Source: Leucoraja ocellata (Eukaryota). Taken from it: 54,656 nt of DNA. Position numbers and translations under genes: made by a program. This document shows, piece after piece, positions 23,650 through 35,500 of the stretch. Position 1 is the stretch's first letter. Each line of letters opens with the position of its first letter. Below the pieces are notes generated by a model. That model searched no databases. It saw only the letters and a list, made by a program, of their open reading frames with translations, and was not told where the DNA came from. The DNA is taken from contig JAWMAR010004301.1 of the NCBI GenBank assembly GCA_036785375.1, forward strand, positions 1 through 54,656, written 5' to 3'.

Positions 23650-24255
23650 TTAACTGTTTCAGAACCGAGCGAGGGGTGTGTAAAGATACGAAGCAGGTAT
23701 ATCCCTTTTAATTTTTCTTTTTTTTTCTCTTCTCTATCCTTTTTTTTCTTGTTTCATCTCTCCCTTTTGTTTTCTCTCTCGGGCTTTATAGCTTCATGGG
23801 CTCTTTCTCTCTATTTCTTCATGAACTATCAATATCACTACTGAGATGAGAAGAACTTTTTTCACACAGAGAGTGGTGAATCTCTGGAACTCTCTGCCGC
23901 AGAGGGTAGTCAAGGCCAGTTCATTGGCTATATTTAAGAGGGAGTTAGATGTGGCCCTTGTGGCTAAGGGGATCAGAGGGTATGGAGAGAAGGCAGGTAC
24001 GGGATACTGAGTTGGATGATCAGCCATTATCATATTGAATGGCGGTGCAGGCTCGAAGGGCCGAATGGCCTACTCCTGCACCTAATTTCTATGTTTCTAT
24101 GTTTCTATTTTATTTAATATTCTCTCTCTTTTTCTTGCTTTTGTTACTTTTTTTATTACTAAACTTAAAACAAGAAGTTGTACATGAAATGTATTATGCT
24201 ATTCATGTTTTATATTATTGTACATTGCTTCTAATAAAAATATATATTTTTTAAA
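23650..24255 (+). mobile_element. T-rich LINE 3'UTR (L1-like) interrupted by CR1
   Basis: T-rich tract ending CTTCTAATAAAA. Confidence 0.4.
23839..24107 (+). mobile_element. Young CR1 3' end
   Basis: TEMRRTFFTQRVVNLWNSLPQ; tail (TTTCTATG)n; near-identical to 38998-39257. Confidence 0.92.
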
Positions 24256-25754
24256 ATGCATAAGAGAGGTCCATTCAAGAGTCAGATAACAGATCAGATA
24301 AACTATCCTTGAATCTGGGGGCACGTGCTTTCAAGCTCATGCATCTTCTACCCACGGGGAGAGGGGAGATGAGAGAATGACTGGGGTGTGAGTGGTCCTC
24401 GATCATGTTGGCTGCTTTCCCCAGGCAGCGTGAAGTGCAGATGGAGTCAACGTTGGGAGACGGGGTGAGGACTATTGTAGTCTGCAGATGAAGTGGGCAT
24501 CATTCTGCAATTTCTTGCAAACTTGGGCAAACCGAGCTGTGACGCATTCGGTTTTCGGATGCTTTAAACCATTTAACCATATAACAATTACAGCACGGAA
24601 ACAGGCCATCTCGACCCTTCTAGTCCAACACTTTCTATGATGTATCTGTAGAAATTGGCAAGAGTTGATGGGGATATTCTGAATTTCCTCAGTCTTCGCA
24701 GCTTTCTTAGTTGTAGTGTAAAAACGTCCAAATTTACTGGTTATATTTTCTTAATTATTTCGATCAAATTTCCAGAATACCCCAAATTAACGCCAGCTGT
24801 TCATTGGATATACATTTAAAAATTACCTAAAGAAAACTTTCATCAATATTATTCATAATCATTTCAGCAGTGACATTTCCCACTACATTATTCCGTAAGT
24901 TTCTGTCAACCACTTTCTGCAGCTTTCTTATTCTTATTGTGCGAGTGTGATTGTACCAAGTTTCTGTTATCAGCTTATGGTTACATTTCACAGTGGGTTG
25001 TGAGTCTGACAACATTTTGGGGGTGGGTGGGTGAGAAAATTAAACTCCATTGAAAACGGATCTGCCTACTTTTCACACGGTGGCTTGTGGCTGCAAATCA
25101 CTGCCTAGTGCACAATGAAATGAGGACAAAACAGATCATCATTTCAGCTGAGACCACCATTTGTCATCCTGAATCCTGTCCTACATTCCTCATCTCACAT
25201 GGAATTTGACCATTGCAACTCCACCCCTGGCTTCAAGCCACAGTCAATTCAACTTGTGACCTCACCAAACCCGTAAAGCAATGATTGGTTTTGATACCGC
25301 TACATAACCAGGGCAATTATGATATATGATCCTCTGTGTTCCTAAACAAACACCATTACACCAAAAATCCATCACAGACAAATCACTTCCGTTCGTCTAC
25401 ACTTTAAATCACTTGTCAGAGGTCCAGAAAAAGTTTTGCTGCACGTTTGAAGATAAAAGGGCTTGCCTAACAATGCAGAGTGGAGTTTTAAATTAACCGT
25501 TGAACGAGAGTGAACCTAACAAATTTCCAAATAAGCAAGAAAGGTTTTAAAGAAATATGGAGACTTGATTCATTTTGTGAAGTTTCTGATTTGGGTTTGT
25601 TTGTATGAGGCAGATTTGGATGTTTCCGTCCCAATAGAAACTTGTGACACAAGGACAACTTTCCCATTTGGATCTGTTACATGTACAAGGTAGCAACATT
25701 TCTGGCAGTTAGTTACCTAAAGGAGCTCTTGTACCTTTGCATGTCTCTGCCTGC

Positions 25755-26365
25755 AGGTACTGACCTGCCCACAATTGAAACGATCTATAGGACGCGCAGC
25801 GATAAAGTTGCTGCCTTACAGCGCGTGCCGCGCCGGAGACCCGGGTTCGATCCCAACTACAGGTGCTTGTCTGTACGGAGTTTGTACATTCTCCCCGTGA
25901 CTGTGTGGGTTTTCTCCGAGACATCCCACACTCTAAAGACGTACAGCTTTGTAGGTTAATTGGCCTGGTGTATGTAGGATAGTGTTGATGTGCAGGGATC
26001 GCTGGGCCGAAGGGCCTGTTTGCACGCTGCATCTCTAAACTGAACACTCTCAGTTCGCTGATACCAGTGGGAAGAAGGTACAGGAGCCTGAAAATCATGA
26101 CCATCAGGGAGAAGAACAGCGTCCTCCCAACAACCGTTAGGCCCTTGAACACTGCTCATTAACCTCAGCGGCGATGATCTTCTATGGACCTTCGGGCCTC
26201 TGTTTGCACTCTTATGGTATTAGTATTACGATTGTTAATATGTTGTATTTTTGATCCTTTTATATGAACACTGTGTTATTGTGTTTTACGGGCCTGTTAA
26301 ACTGCGGCAAGTGAGAATTTCATTGTTCCGTTTTTGGTAAGTATGGCAATTAAGCACTCTTCACC
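25755..26365 (+). mobile_element. Older Rex1-like 3' fragment interrupted by a V-SINE
   Basis: GTDLPTIETIY before the SINE; GGAAGAAGGTACAGGAGCCTGAAA (GRRYRSLK) after it. Confidence 0.7.
25793..26045 (+). mobile_element. V-SINE
   Basis: GAGACCCGGGTTCGATCCC, V domain, GGGCCGAAGGGCCTGTTT. Confidence 0.88.
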
Positions 26366-27229
26366 TTTTCGTTACTCATCTCCAGGATATAGATCGTACA
26401 AACCGAGCCAGCATTTATTATTCATTCTTAATTGCCACAGAGAAGATGAGTCTTATTTAACTGCATAGACTGCGAGGTTTGAGAGGTTCCCACTGTCCCC
26501 AAGGTGTGGTGTTCCTGGGTGTTTGTGATACATTTCCATGTTAAAATGCTGTGTGACTCAGAGGAGATTCAGAGCTGGGTGATGCTCCGACTGGTCTTAC
26601 AGTCAAAACATCCTCAGTATATTATTAACATATAGGTAGTGCACACTGCAACGGTGATGCACAATAGGCAGAAGCAGTAACCTTTTAAGGTGTAAAGCTT
26701 GCTATTCAAATGATCAAGTCACAAAGCTGTTACTTAATTATGCACTACATGTCTTCTGTTTTACAATTTGTAAATACCTAGTCGTACGCTCCATCCAATT
26801 CCCAGAACTGTTAGAGCACAAACGTTTGACCTGTATTCCTACAATGTTTAGTGGGATCTGTGTGTTTCAATTTTATTACAGGCATAGTGAGCCTTGAGTC
26901 CAATATCCCTTGTAGTTAGTCTGTAGCTCTGACTTCTCTGGTGGTCCGCTAAGTCTACATTTCCAAATTTCCTGGCATTCTGAAAGCTCTTCCCATTCAT
27001 ACATCAGCAATTTTATTTTTAATAGTATTTGGCTGGGCAGAGTTTCAAATCTATGTCCAACTTCTGACTTCATTCAAATTCACATCCAGTGTTATAATGC
27101 AGAATTAGACATGTGTACCTAGTTTTGATTGATGTTGCGATCCAGAGGGCAGGACTCGTTGAATAACGAACAATGGGGTATGTGTAAAATGCTTCAATAC
27201 ATTCAGTGACTTAAAGGCAATGCATACTC

Positions 27230-27655
27230 CAGGAACTGCAGATGGTGGTGTCCACCAAAATAAAACACAAGGTACTGGAGTAACTCAGCAGAAGAGGCAG
27301 CAGCTCTGGAAAACATGCATAGGTGACATTTTGGTTTGGGACCCTTCTTCAGACCCAAGAAAAAAATCCAGTCTGAAGAAGTCTCAACCAAAACGTCACC
27401 TAACCATAAATAGACACAAAAATGGTGGAGTAAGTCAGCAGGTCAGGCAGTATCCCTGGAGAAAATGGATAAGTGACGTTTCAGGTTCGTTAGATCCGAT
27501 CTGAAATGTTGCATCCATTTTCTCCGCAGATGCTGCCTGACCTGCTATTACAACATTTTGTGTCTATCTTTGGTGTAAACAACATCTGCAGTTTTTTTTC
27601 ATTATATATCACCTATCCATGTTCTCCGCAGATGTTGTCTGATCTAGCATTTTGC
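27230..27655. mobile_element. Nest of about five Penelope-type fragments (-,+,-,+,+)
   Basis: Repeated GGAGTAA.TCAGCAG / GACCCTTCTTCAGAC / GTCTGAAGAAG / CAGATG.TG.CTGA blocks. Confidence 0.75.
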
Positions 27656-27814
27656 GTGCGACTCAGGATGCATTTCCACACCCTTACTCTGGAGGGCAAC
27701 TCTGGAAGTCACTTTCTAGTCCTTTCAGACTGACTGCGTTAAATCTTTCATTGGCATGGATTACATGGAGATCACGATGATGAATATCACCAAAGTGTAA
27801 ATATAACAGAAAAT

Positions 27815-28470
27815 TCACATAGTCATACTGGGTGAAAACAGGCCCTTTGGCCCAACTTACCCATGCCGTCCAACGTGCCCCATCGACACTAGCCCCACTT
27901 TCCTGTTTTTGGCTCTTATCTCTCTAAATCTATCTATCCATACATCTGTATAAATGTTTCTTAAGCATTGTCAGGGGTTGTGGGGAGAAGGCAGGAGAAT
28001 GGAGCTAGGAGGGAGATATAGATCAGCCATGATTGAATGGCAGAGTAGAACTTGATGGGCCGAATGGCCAAGTTCCGCTCCTATCACTTATGACCTTATG
28101 TCCTTATGATTGCGATAGTACTTGGATCAACTACCTTCTCCGGCAGCTTGTTCCATACACCCACCACCTTTTGTGTAAAAAAGTTATCCTCAGGTTCCCA
28201 ATAAATCTCCCGCCCACCCCACCCCCCACCCCCTCACCTTAAACCTATGTCTTCTTGTTTTTGATTCCCCTACTCTGGGCAAAAGACTCTATGTGTTTAC
28301 CCAATCGATTCCTCTCAAGATTTTTTATACCTTTATAAGGTCACCCCTCATCCTCCTATGCTCCAAGGAATAATGCCCTAGCCTGCTCAACCTCTCCCTA
28401 TAGCTCAGTCCCTCGAGTCCTGGGCGACATCCTGGTAAATCTTCTCTGAACCCTTTCAAGCTTAAAAACA
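27815..28470 (-). mobile_element. CR1 3' fragment with an opposite-strand CR1 3'UTR inserted (27970-28100)
   Basis: Colinear with 2298-2800; insert GGAGAAGGCAGGAGAATGG...GATCAGCCATGATTGAATGG. Confidence 0.85.
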
Positions 28471-29765
28471 TCTTTCAAGGGTTCAGAGAAGATGTGCAGT
28501 TCTACACAGACATCAGGCTGCCTTGCCGCTCCAGAAGCAACAAGGCACTCACAATTCATGTGATGGGTAGACACTAAATACACTCGGGAGCATTGGAGAC
28601 AGCTCATTCAAGTGCAAGTGGATTTTAACTACGTGGTAAATCTAAATTGAGGAAAAGCCCACAGAAGTGAGCAGGTTACAAGTGCGAAGAATGACTCGTA
28701 CCATCTGTTCATTGGTGTTGTTCAAAAGCTTTCAGTGCATTAAGACACACTCAGTGATTCGAAGCAATTTTTACTTTTTTGAAATAAATTATGCTAAAGT
28801 TGTTCCTGGGTCAAATCTGTTCCATGTGTAGTCCTTTCAATGGTCGTCACAAAGACTCTGCAGCTTTATTGATTGTACAAAAAGAAAATAATAACAGCCT
28901 CCGCTCAATTGTGGATGTATGCAATGTGGAGATTTTTTTCCTTTCGAAAAGTGCTTAAAGGTTTGCAGCAAAGAATGTGTTGCGCAGGCAGATTCAGTGA
29001 GGTTCAATGATCACTTTGGAAGTTTTAAAGCACCCGTGTGATCAAACCTCGGCAAGAATGCCTGTGACCTTTACAGGTTGCTGAGGTTTCACTGGCGTCC
29101 TCGGGAACCCTTGGGGCCACCAATGTGGGGCACAGTGAAAGAATCTGAAATGAAAGTTACCAATTGTGCGTGAATGCCCTGAGCTGGCAAGCTATGAAGA
29201 AAAGCTTTTCAATATTGCATTATGTGGGTTGATGAAAGAGCCTGCAGGAATCTTGTCTGGAGCCTGATCCCATTGGGAGGAAGGAGCTTAATCATATTTG
29301 TTGGATTTGGATTCTTCTGTCACTAACATTAATTCTGTATACTATTTTTTCTGAAATTAGCAATTCCTCAGTTGGATTTTGTTCACTTTCCCATCGGCTA
29401 GACTCTGCTTGTTCTCACAGTCTTTGAATACTCATTTCATTATTCTAATGGTCTTACCATTTTTCTTACTATAATCCCGTTAGAAAGCCACATAACATTG
29501 CACCGTGCAATGAATCTACACATATACATATATACTGTATAGGAGAGCAAGGGAGGGGGAGGGGGAGGGTCAGTGAGAGAGAGAGGGAAGGGGAGAGGGA
29601 CAGTGAGAGAGAGAAAAGAGAAACAGTGAAACTGAGAGACAGAGAGCGTGAAACTGAAGTGATTAACTTTCTGAATTTTGATTTACTTTTCCCAAATTTA
29701 AAGGAAAACTAAAAATTAATTGCACTTTGATAATGCTTTTCACAATCTCCCTGGTCTCGAAGACC

Positions 29766-30047
29766 TTTGGTTTAGTTTAGAGATACCAGCGCAGAAACAG
29801 GCCCTTCGACCCACCGGTCTCCGCACACATACTATCCTATATACACTAGGGACAATTTTACCAAAGATAATAAGCCTACAAACCTTTACGTCTTTGGAGT
29901 GTGGGAGGAAACTGGAATACCCGGAGATAACCCACGAAGGTCATGGGGAGAACGTACCAAAATGCATAGACAGCGCTCATAATTAGGATCGAACCCGGGT
30001 CTCTGGTGCTATATGGCCGCAAATCTACCACTGTGCCACCGTGCCCC
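29766..30047 (-). mobile_element. V-SINE, probably inserted in a DeuSINE-like relic (29730-30125)
   Basis: SINE tail, V domain and head; flanks GCTTTTCACAATCTC and GTACTTT...AGTCACTG...TGTAGGAAA resemble 16845-16935. Confidence 0.8.
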
Positions 30048-30309
30048 AATAGCTTTCAAGGTACTTTCAGAGTGAAGTCACTGAAATGTTGTAGGAAATA
30101 AAAAGGACAATATTTGTGTATATGCATCAAGTGTGGACATAACTAGGTTTGGGTTCACTTGCAATCATGTTGACCAGCTTACTGATACTGACTCGACTCC
30201 CACATGAACCGTCGATCACCAGAGTGGTGCAAGAGAGGGTTGCTTGTCTCACATTGCTGTAGCAAATGTATCAGCTATTGGGGACAAAAACAGGGGGGAA
30301 AAACATAGA

Positions 30310-30372
30310 AATACTCGACCTCTAAGGGGAGAGCAACAAAGTTAACGTTTCAGGTTGATGACCTCTCATCAC
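30310..30372 (-). mobile_element. Older Penelope-type relic with hammerhead-like motif
   Basis: Minus strand GTGATGA-GAGGT-CATCA-ACCT-GAAAC-GTTAAC. Confidence 0.5.
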
Positions 30373-30904
30373 CTTCAGGCACAGAATGTGTATTTGAACA
30401 AGGTTTGAATTTACGTTATTGGAAACTTTGTACGAATGACCCAGGTTCAAGTCAGCAGCAATTTTAACCTCATTGAAAAAAGAGCCGAGATTGAATGGAC
30501 TTTTTCAAGGTCACGGTGCAAGAATATTTACAAGTGTTATATATAGACCAATATTCTGCAGGGATACATTACTGCTTCATTTTATCACCCATTACTTTCT
30601 TAGCGACAAAACCATATGGAATTCTAGTGCATTTAAGGATAACACAATGTTGTGCAGTGGCCTGAGTCCTGGACTTCATCCAGGTTACTGTTACTCAGCT
30701 GTGAGTGGCAATCCAGTGTCACAAATGCCTCATGTCATGGGAGGACCCAAAGCAATGTCACCTCACATTGGCCGAGGTGGAAGAGGGAAAGAGGGCAAGT
30801 GAACAGCAGGCAACAATGTCTTGTGGAGCCATTAGCTCAATTCCGACCTCTTCCAAAATCAGACAACACAGGGTCGTCCTGCCGAGTTTCACGGGTTGTA
30901 TCAC

Positions 30905-31190
30905 TCGTCATCACCTTCTCCACAGCCAACAATGGACCATTGTGGGCTCCACAATTCCTTGATCATTGTTACTGGCTTTGATTTTGTCCTTTTGCATACG
31001 GTTCATCCGTTTGTTATTTGTGGCTTTTCATACCTCTAGTTTCCCTCTCCCCTGACTCTCCGTCTGAAAAAGGGTCTTGACCTGAAACATCATCTATTCC
31101 TTTCCTCATGAGAGGCTGCCTGACCCACTGAGTTACTCCAGTTTTTAGTGTCTTTCTGTGTAAACCAGCATCTGCAGTTTCTTCCCACGC
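30905..31190 (+). mobile_element. Longer Penelope-type terminal-repeat fragment
   Basis: CCACAGCCAACAATGGACCATTGTGGGC shared with 4343; CTGAAAAAGGGTCTTGACCTGAAACATC. Confidence 0.7.
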
Positions 31191-31721
31191 AGATACTTTC
31201 AATGGTCTCAGGGACCTTCTTGCGAGTAGCTGCCAAAGGTCACTCTAAGGTCATTCTAAGGTCAGCTAGCTAGATTGCACAGGCCTGTGCAAAATACCAG
31301 TAAGAGCTGATACATTATCACCTTGTCCAGTTGGAAATGAATGCTGGATCTACATTTCAGTAAGAAATTCTCTGATCTGGTACCTAGTCATGAAGGGTCT
31401 CTTTAGACGATGCTGTGGCAGCCTCACAGAGCACCGGGTATCTGCTTCTGTAGAAATTGCCACAGATTAAACTGGCAGTTTGTGTATGAACAAAACATCC
31501 TGGAAGCCATCAGGTGGCACCACATATGTTGTAGATCCCTCAACCATTAGATATTAGATGGACCTTTGAAAAATAGAACACAGAAACATTGGAACAGAAA
31601 TAGGCCTTTCAGTCTTCAAACCTGCTCTGCATTTCCATACAATTATGGCTGATCTTCAAACTCAATATAACGTCCCTTCTCTTTTCCCCACACATCCATA
31701 GAATTTGGTCTCCTGCTTAAA

Positions 31722-32185
31722 TATAGAAACATAGAAACATAGAAAATAGGTGCAGGAGTAGGCCATCCGGCCCTTCGAGCCTGCACCGCCATTCATTATG
31801 ATCATGGCTGATCATCCAACTCAGTATCCTGTACCTGCCTTCTCTCCATACCCCCTGATCCCTTTAGCCACAAGGGCCACATCTAAAGCCCTCTTAAATA
31901 TAGCCAATGAACTGGCCTCAACTACCTTCTGTGGCAGAGAATTCCAGAGATTCACCACTCTCTGTGTGAAAAATGTTTTTCTCATCTCGGTCCTAAAAGA
32001 TTTCCCCCTTAACCTTAAACTGTGACCCCCTTGTTCTGGACTTCCCCAACATCGGGAACAATCTTCCTGCATCTAGCCTGTCCAGCCCCTTAAGAATTTT
32101 GTAAGTTTCTATAAGATCCCCCCTCAATCTTCTAAATTCTAGCGAGTACAAGCCGAGTCTATTCTTTCTTCATATGAAAGTCCTG
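31722..32185 (-). mobile_element. Young CR1 3' fragment
   Basis: ORF 31821-32072 GHSLRLRGKSFRTEMRKTFFTQRVVNLWNSLPQ; (CATAGAAA)n tail. Confidence 0.93.
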
Positions 32186-32206
32186 AGAAATATATTTAAT
32201 TAATTG

Positions 32207-32509
32207 GTGGCACGGTGGTGCAGCAGTGCTCCAGAGACCAGGCATCCTTCCTGACTACGGGTGCTTGTCGGTGTGGAGTTTGTACGTTCCCCCACGTGAT
32301 CTGCGTGGGTTTTCTCCAGGTGCTCCGGTTTCCTCCCACACTCCAAAGACATACAGTTTTGTAGGTTGATTGGCTTTGGTTAATTGTAAAATTGTCCCTA
32401 GTGTGCATATGATATGTTAGTGTGCAGGGATAGCTGGTCAGTGCAGACTCGGTGGGCTGAAGGGCATGTTTCCGCGCTGTATTTCAGAACTAAACTATAC
32501 AAAACTAAA
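32207..32509 (+). mobile_element. V-SINE
   Basis: Head with internal deletion, V domain, tail. Confidence 0.88.
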
Positions 32510-33149
32510 TGACCTGGCCTCCACAATATCCTATGTTAGTAAAATCCACATGTTTAACACCATCTAGATAAAGAAGTTTCCTCTGAATGTTCTAAATCAT
32601 TTTCTGAGCATGACCACTCAATCTAGACTGCTCAGCTGAGGAGAACATCCCACCCATCCCACAACCTATAGAGTTCAGTCAGCATTTTGCATATTCCAGT
32701 TCATTAAACCTGAAGAGAAAAGACCTAATTCACCAAGTTTCCTCTCAAATGACAATCCTGTTATTCCCCAACAATGAACCTGGTAAAACAGCTATACTCC
32801 CTCTATGGCAGATGTCTCCTTTCGATGGCAAGAAGATAAAATCTATAAACAATAGTCCGACTGGTAAATTGCCAAGGACCTGTACAGTTGTGGAAATCCT
32901 TCCCCTTGTACTCAACATCTTACAGTGAAGACCGTTACACTATTTGGTGTCCTAACTGCTTTCTACACATTCATGTTTTCTTTCAGTAACTGACGGACTA
33001 GGACATCCTTTATATATCAACATTTCCCAATGTTTTTAATTTGAAATTGTCTATGATCCAAATTCACATGAAAATCAGACATTTTGCAATGCACTTAGTG
33101 AGTGTCAGATTTTTGAAATGGGTTCACAGTGGTGTACAATATGATGCTA

Positions 33150-33280
33150 TGTGATGGATAGGAAAAGTGTAGAGGGATATGGGCTAAATGCGAGCAGGTG
33201 GGACTAGTGGAGATGGGCCATCTTGGTTGGCATGGGCAAGTTGGGCTGAAGGGCATGTTTCCATGCTGTACAACTCTATA
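33150..33280 (+). mobile_element. CR1 3'UTR
   Basis: GGATAGGAAAAG...GGGATATGGG...GGTGGGACTAG...GAAGGGCATGTTTCCATGCTGTA. Confidence 0.8.
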
Positions 33281-33837
33281 GGTAGTTTCCTCACTTATTT
33301 GTCTCCTCCACCTCAAAGCTTTCCTTTCTTATCCTGCTTAATGACCATTCGTGGCCTCTTGCACGTTATTTTCTGTATCATTCACCAGCTCCTTCTCAAG
33401 GCCAAATGCCTGGTTCATTCAATTGAGTGATTAATGTGTGCGCAAAATGAGAAGGTAGTCAAAAAAGCTTCCACTGAAGAATTGAGGTGCGGTGAAAGTA
33501 ATGGAAGGAAAGCCAGCTGCCTTCTTTGAAATGCCTGTGCAAAATCTGTGAGAGCAGGATTAGACTCCAGTGTAATGCCTCCCAGAATTAAATAGCCCCT
33601 GTGGTGCTTGTGTGTCAAACTCTCGGGTGAAGAATGAGCATGGCTGAGGGAGAATGGGAATGAAGAACAGAGTGTAACAGCACAAGTCAAGGCAGGAGGG
33701 GGAAATAAAGTGCATTCAGAAAATACTGCACAAAGGTGAATATGTGCAATCCAAACGGGTGCTCTCGCTCTCTGCCTTACAGCTTCAATGAACAGCAGGT
33801 GAATTGTATCACCTCTAACAATAACTCATGCAATAAC

Positions 33838-34055
33838 TGCTCCCCGTGACCTGCCTGGGTTTTCTCCGAGATCTTCAGTTTCCTCCCACACTCCAAAGCC
33901 GTTCAGGTTTGTAGGTTATATTGGCTTGGTGTAAATGTAAATTGTCCCTAGTGTGTGTAGGGCAGTGTTAGTTTGTGAGGATAGCTGGTCGGTCCGGACT
34001 CGGTGGGCCGAAGGGCCTGTTTCCGCGCTATATCTCTAAACTAAACTAAACTAAA
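33838..34055 (+). mobile_element. 5'-truncated V-SINE
   Basis: Starts within the V domain; tail (TAAAC)n. Confidence 0.88.
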
Positions 34056-34580
34056 TTATTGAATGAGCCTATTACTGCAGTGAAGTGTCATTCTGTGCTC
34101 AATGCATTGAGGGGCAGTGACTGTGATAATATGGAAGGAAATCCTGGCAACAATTTTGGAAATTACTGGATAGAAATTCATCCTCGGTCACTTGGGTTAA
34201 ACGTGTAATGTTGCAATGGCTCCAAGTTGTATTCCGCTCCCCAAATCATGTTCATGGACTTTGACAGAGCCAAACCTCAGAAGCTGGATACAATACCCAG
34301 CCTCCACTTTATTCCGTGCCGAGGACAAGTTTCTATTACATTGTCTGACCACCTAAACTCTGAATAATACAGTAACGCAGTAATCAACAAAATTCACTGT
34401 CTCAGCTCACAAACCCAACCAACGTTATTGTTAAATGGCTGCTTGGTGACTTTTATTCACTCACGCACAAGGCATAACATTGACAGCTACAGGTACTTTA
34501 CTATCTCAGTAGTAGCCATATATCCCATGGAAGTAAAAGTATTCCGAATAAGGAAAAGTTTTACTGCATGGGTCCTGGAC

Positions 34581-34891
34581 CACACGGTGGTGCAGCGGTG
34601 GAGCGGCTGCCTTACAGCGCCAGGGACCCGGGTTTGATCATGACTACGGGTGCTGTCTGTACCGAGTTTGTACATTTTTCCCGTGACCTGCGTGGATTTT
34701 CTCCGAATTCTCCGGTTTCCTCCCACACTCCATAGACGTACAGGTTTGTAGTTTAATTGGCTTGGTATAATTGTAAATTGTCCCTTGTGTGTGTAGGATC
34801 GTGTTAGTGTGCGGGGATCGCTGGTCGGCGCGGACTCGGTGGGCCAAAGGACCTGTTTCCACACTGTATCTCTAAACTAAACTAAACTAAA
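34581..34891 (+). mobile_element. Full-length V-SINE
   Basis: Head, V domain, CR1-derived tail and (TAAAC)n. Confidence 0.92.
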
Positions 34892-35239
34892 TGATGTATG
34901 GGAGGATACACTGCAGGGCAACAGTAAAGATCCAAAATCCAACCTGTAACTACAAGTTTCACAAATAAAACCTATAGTTACAGGATGGAAGTAATTTCCT
35001 AGTGTGCTGGTGATGGTACGGGTAAATTCCTCTCTGTCAATTAAAAGAAGACTTCAGGTTAACAGTCTGAAAAGTAGCTGGATGCAGGTCAATGTTTAGA
35101 GCATCATGTTGCACTGTCCATGTTAAAAAATAAGCAAGTTGCAACAATAATAGTTACGGGAACGACTAAAGAAACAGCAACCTCGCTGTGCACAGTGGCC
35201 ATCACATGTCCTGTTTCACACAAACATTCCGTTCACCAC

Positions 35240-35500
35240 TTGCACAATGTGTATCATGCACAACATGCAATTTCCCCTCCAAGCTCCACACCATCCTGAC
35301 TTGGAAATTTATTGCCGGTCCTTTGCTGTTACTTGATTGAAATCCTGAAATTCCATCGTGGGAGCGTCTTTATCAGAGGTTCTGCAGCGGTTCCAAAAGC
35401 TGGCTCACCACCAAGTAATGAAAGCCAATTAGTAATGGGCTATAAATGCTCGCACTGCCACCGACGTCCAGACAACAGAAAAGGAATAAATAAAATTAAT
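35240..35500 (+). mobile_element. 3' end of the ancient CR1-group family
   Basis: CCATCCTGACTTGGAAA...CTGCAGCGGTTC...GCTCACCACC parallels 13560-13770. Confidence 0.6.

Larger units (their letters stand above)
23400..24700 (-). mobile_element. Older Rex1-like fragment split by insertions
   Basis: TTATTATTGTCATATGTA tail at ~23422; 24260-24460 resembles the D..HP...PLP.GR region in reverse; GAGAGGTC repeated either side of the insert. Confidence 0.55.
31570..33050 (-). mobile_element. Old CR1 relic hosting a young CR1 and a V-SINE
   Basis: ATTATGGCTGATC, TGGCCTCCACA, TACTCCCTCTATGGCA, GGTGTCCTAACTGC match CR1 3' colinearly. Confidence 0.6.

Noticed and set aside
27230-27655. CRISPR-like repeated blocks
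   Set aside because: Mixed orientation, no regular unique spacers, no cas genes, eukaryotic context
29540-29660. GA-rich purine tract
   Set aside because: Ordinary simple-sequence repeat
34581-34650. tRNA-like sequences with A/B boxes (here and at all V-SINE heads)
   Set aside because: They run directly into the V domain and LINE-derived tail, so they are SINE heads, not tRNA genes
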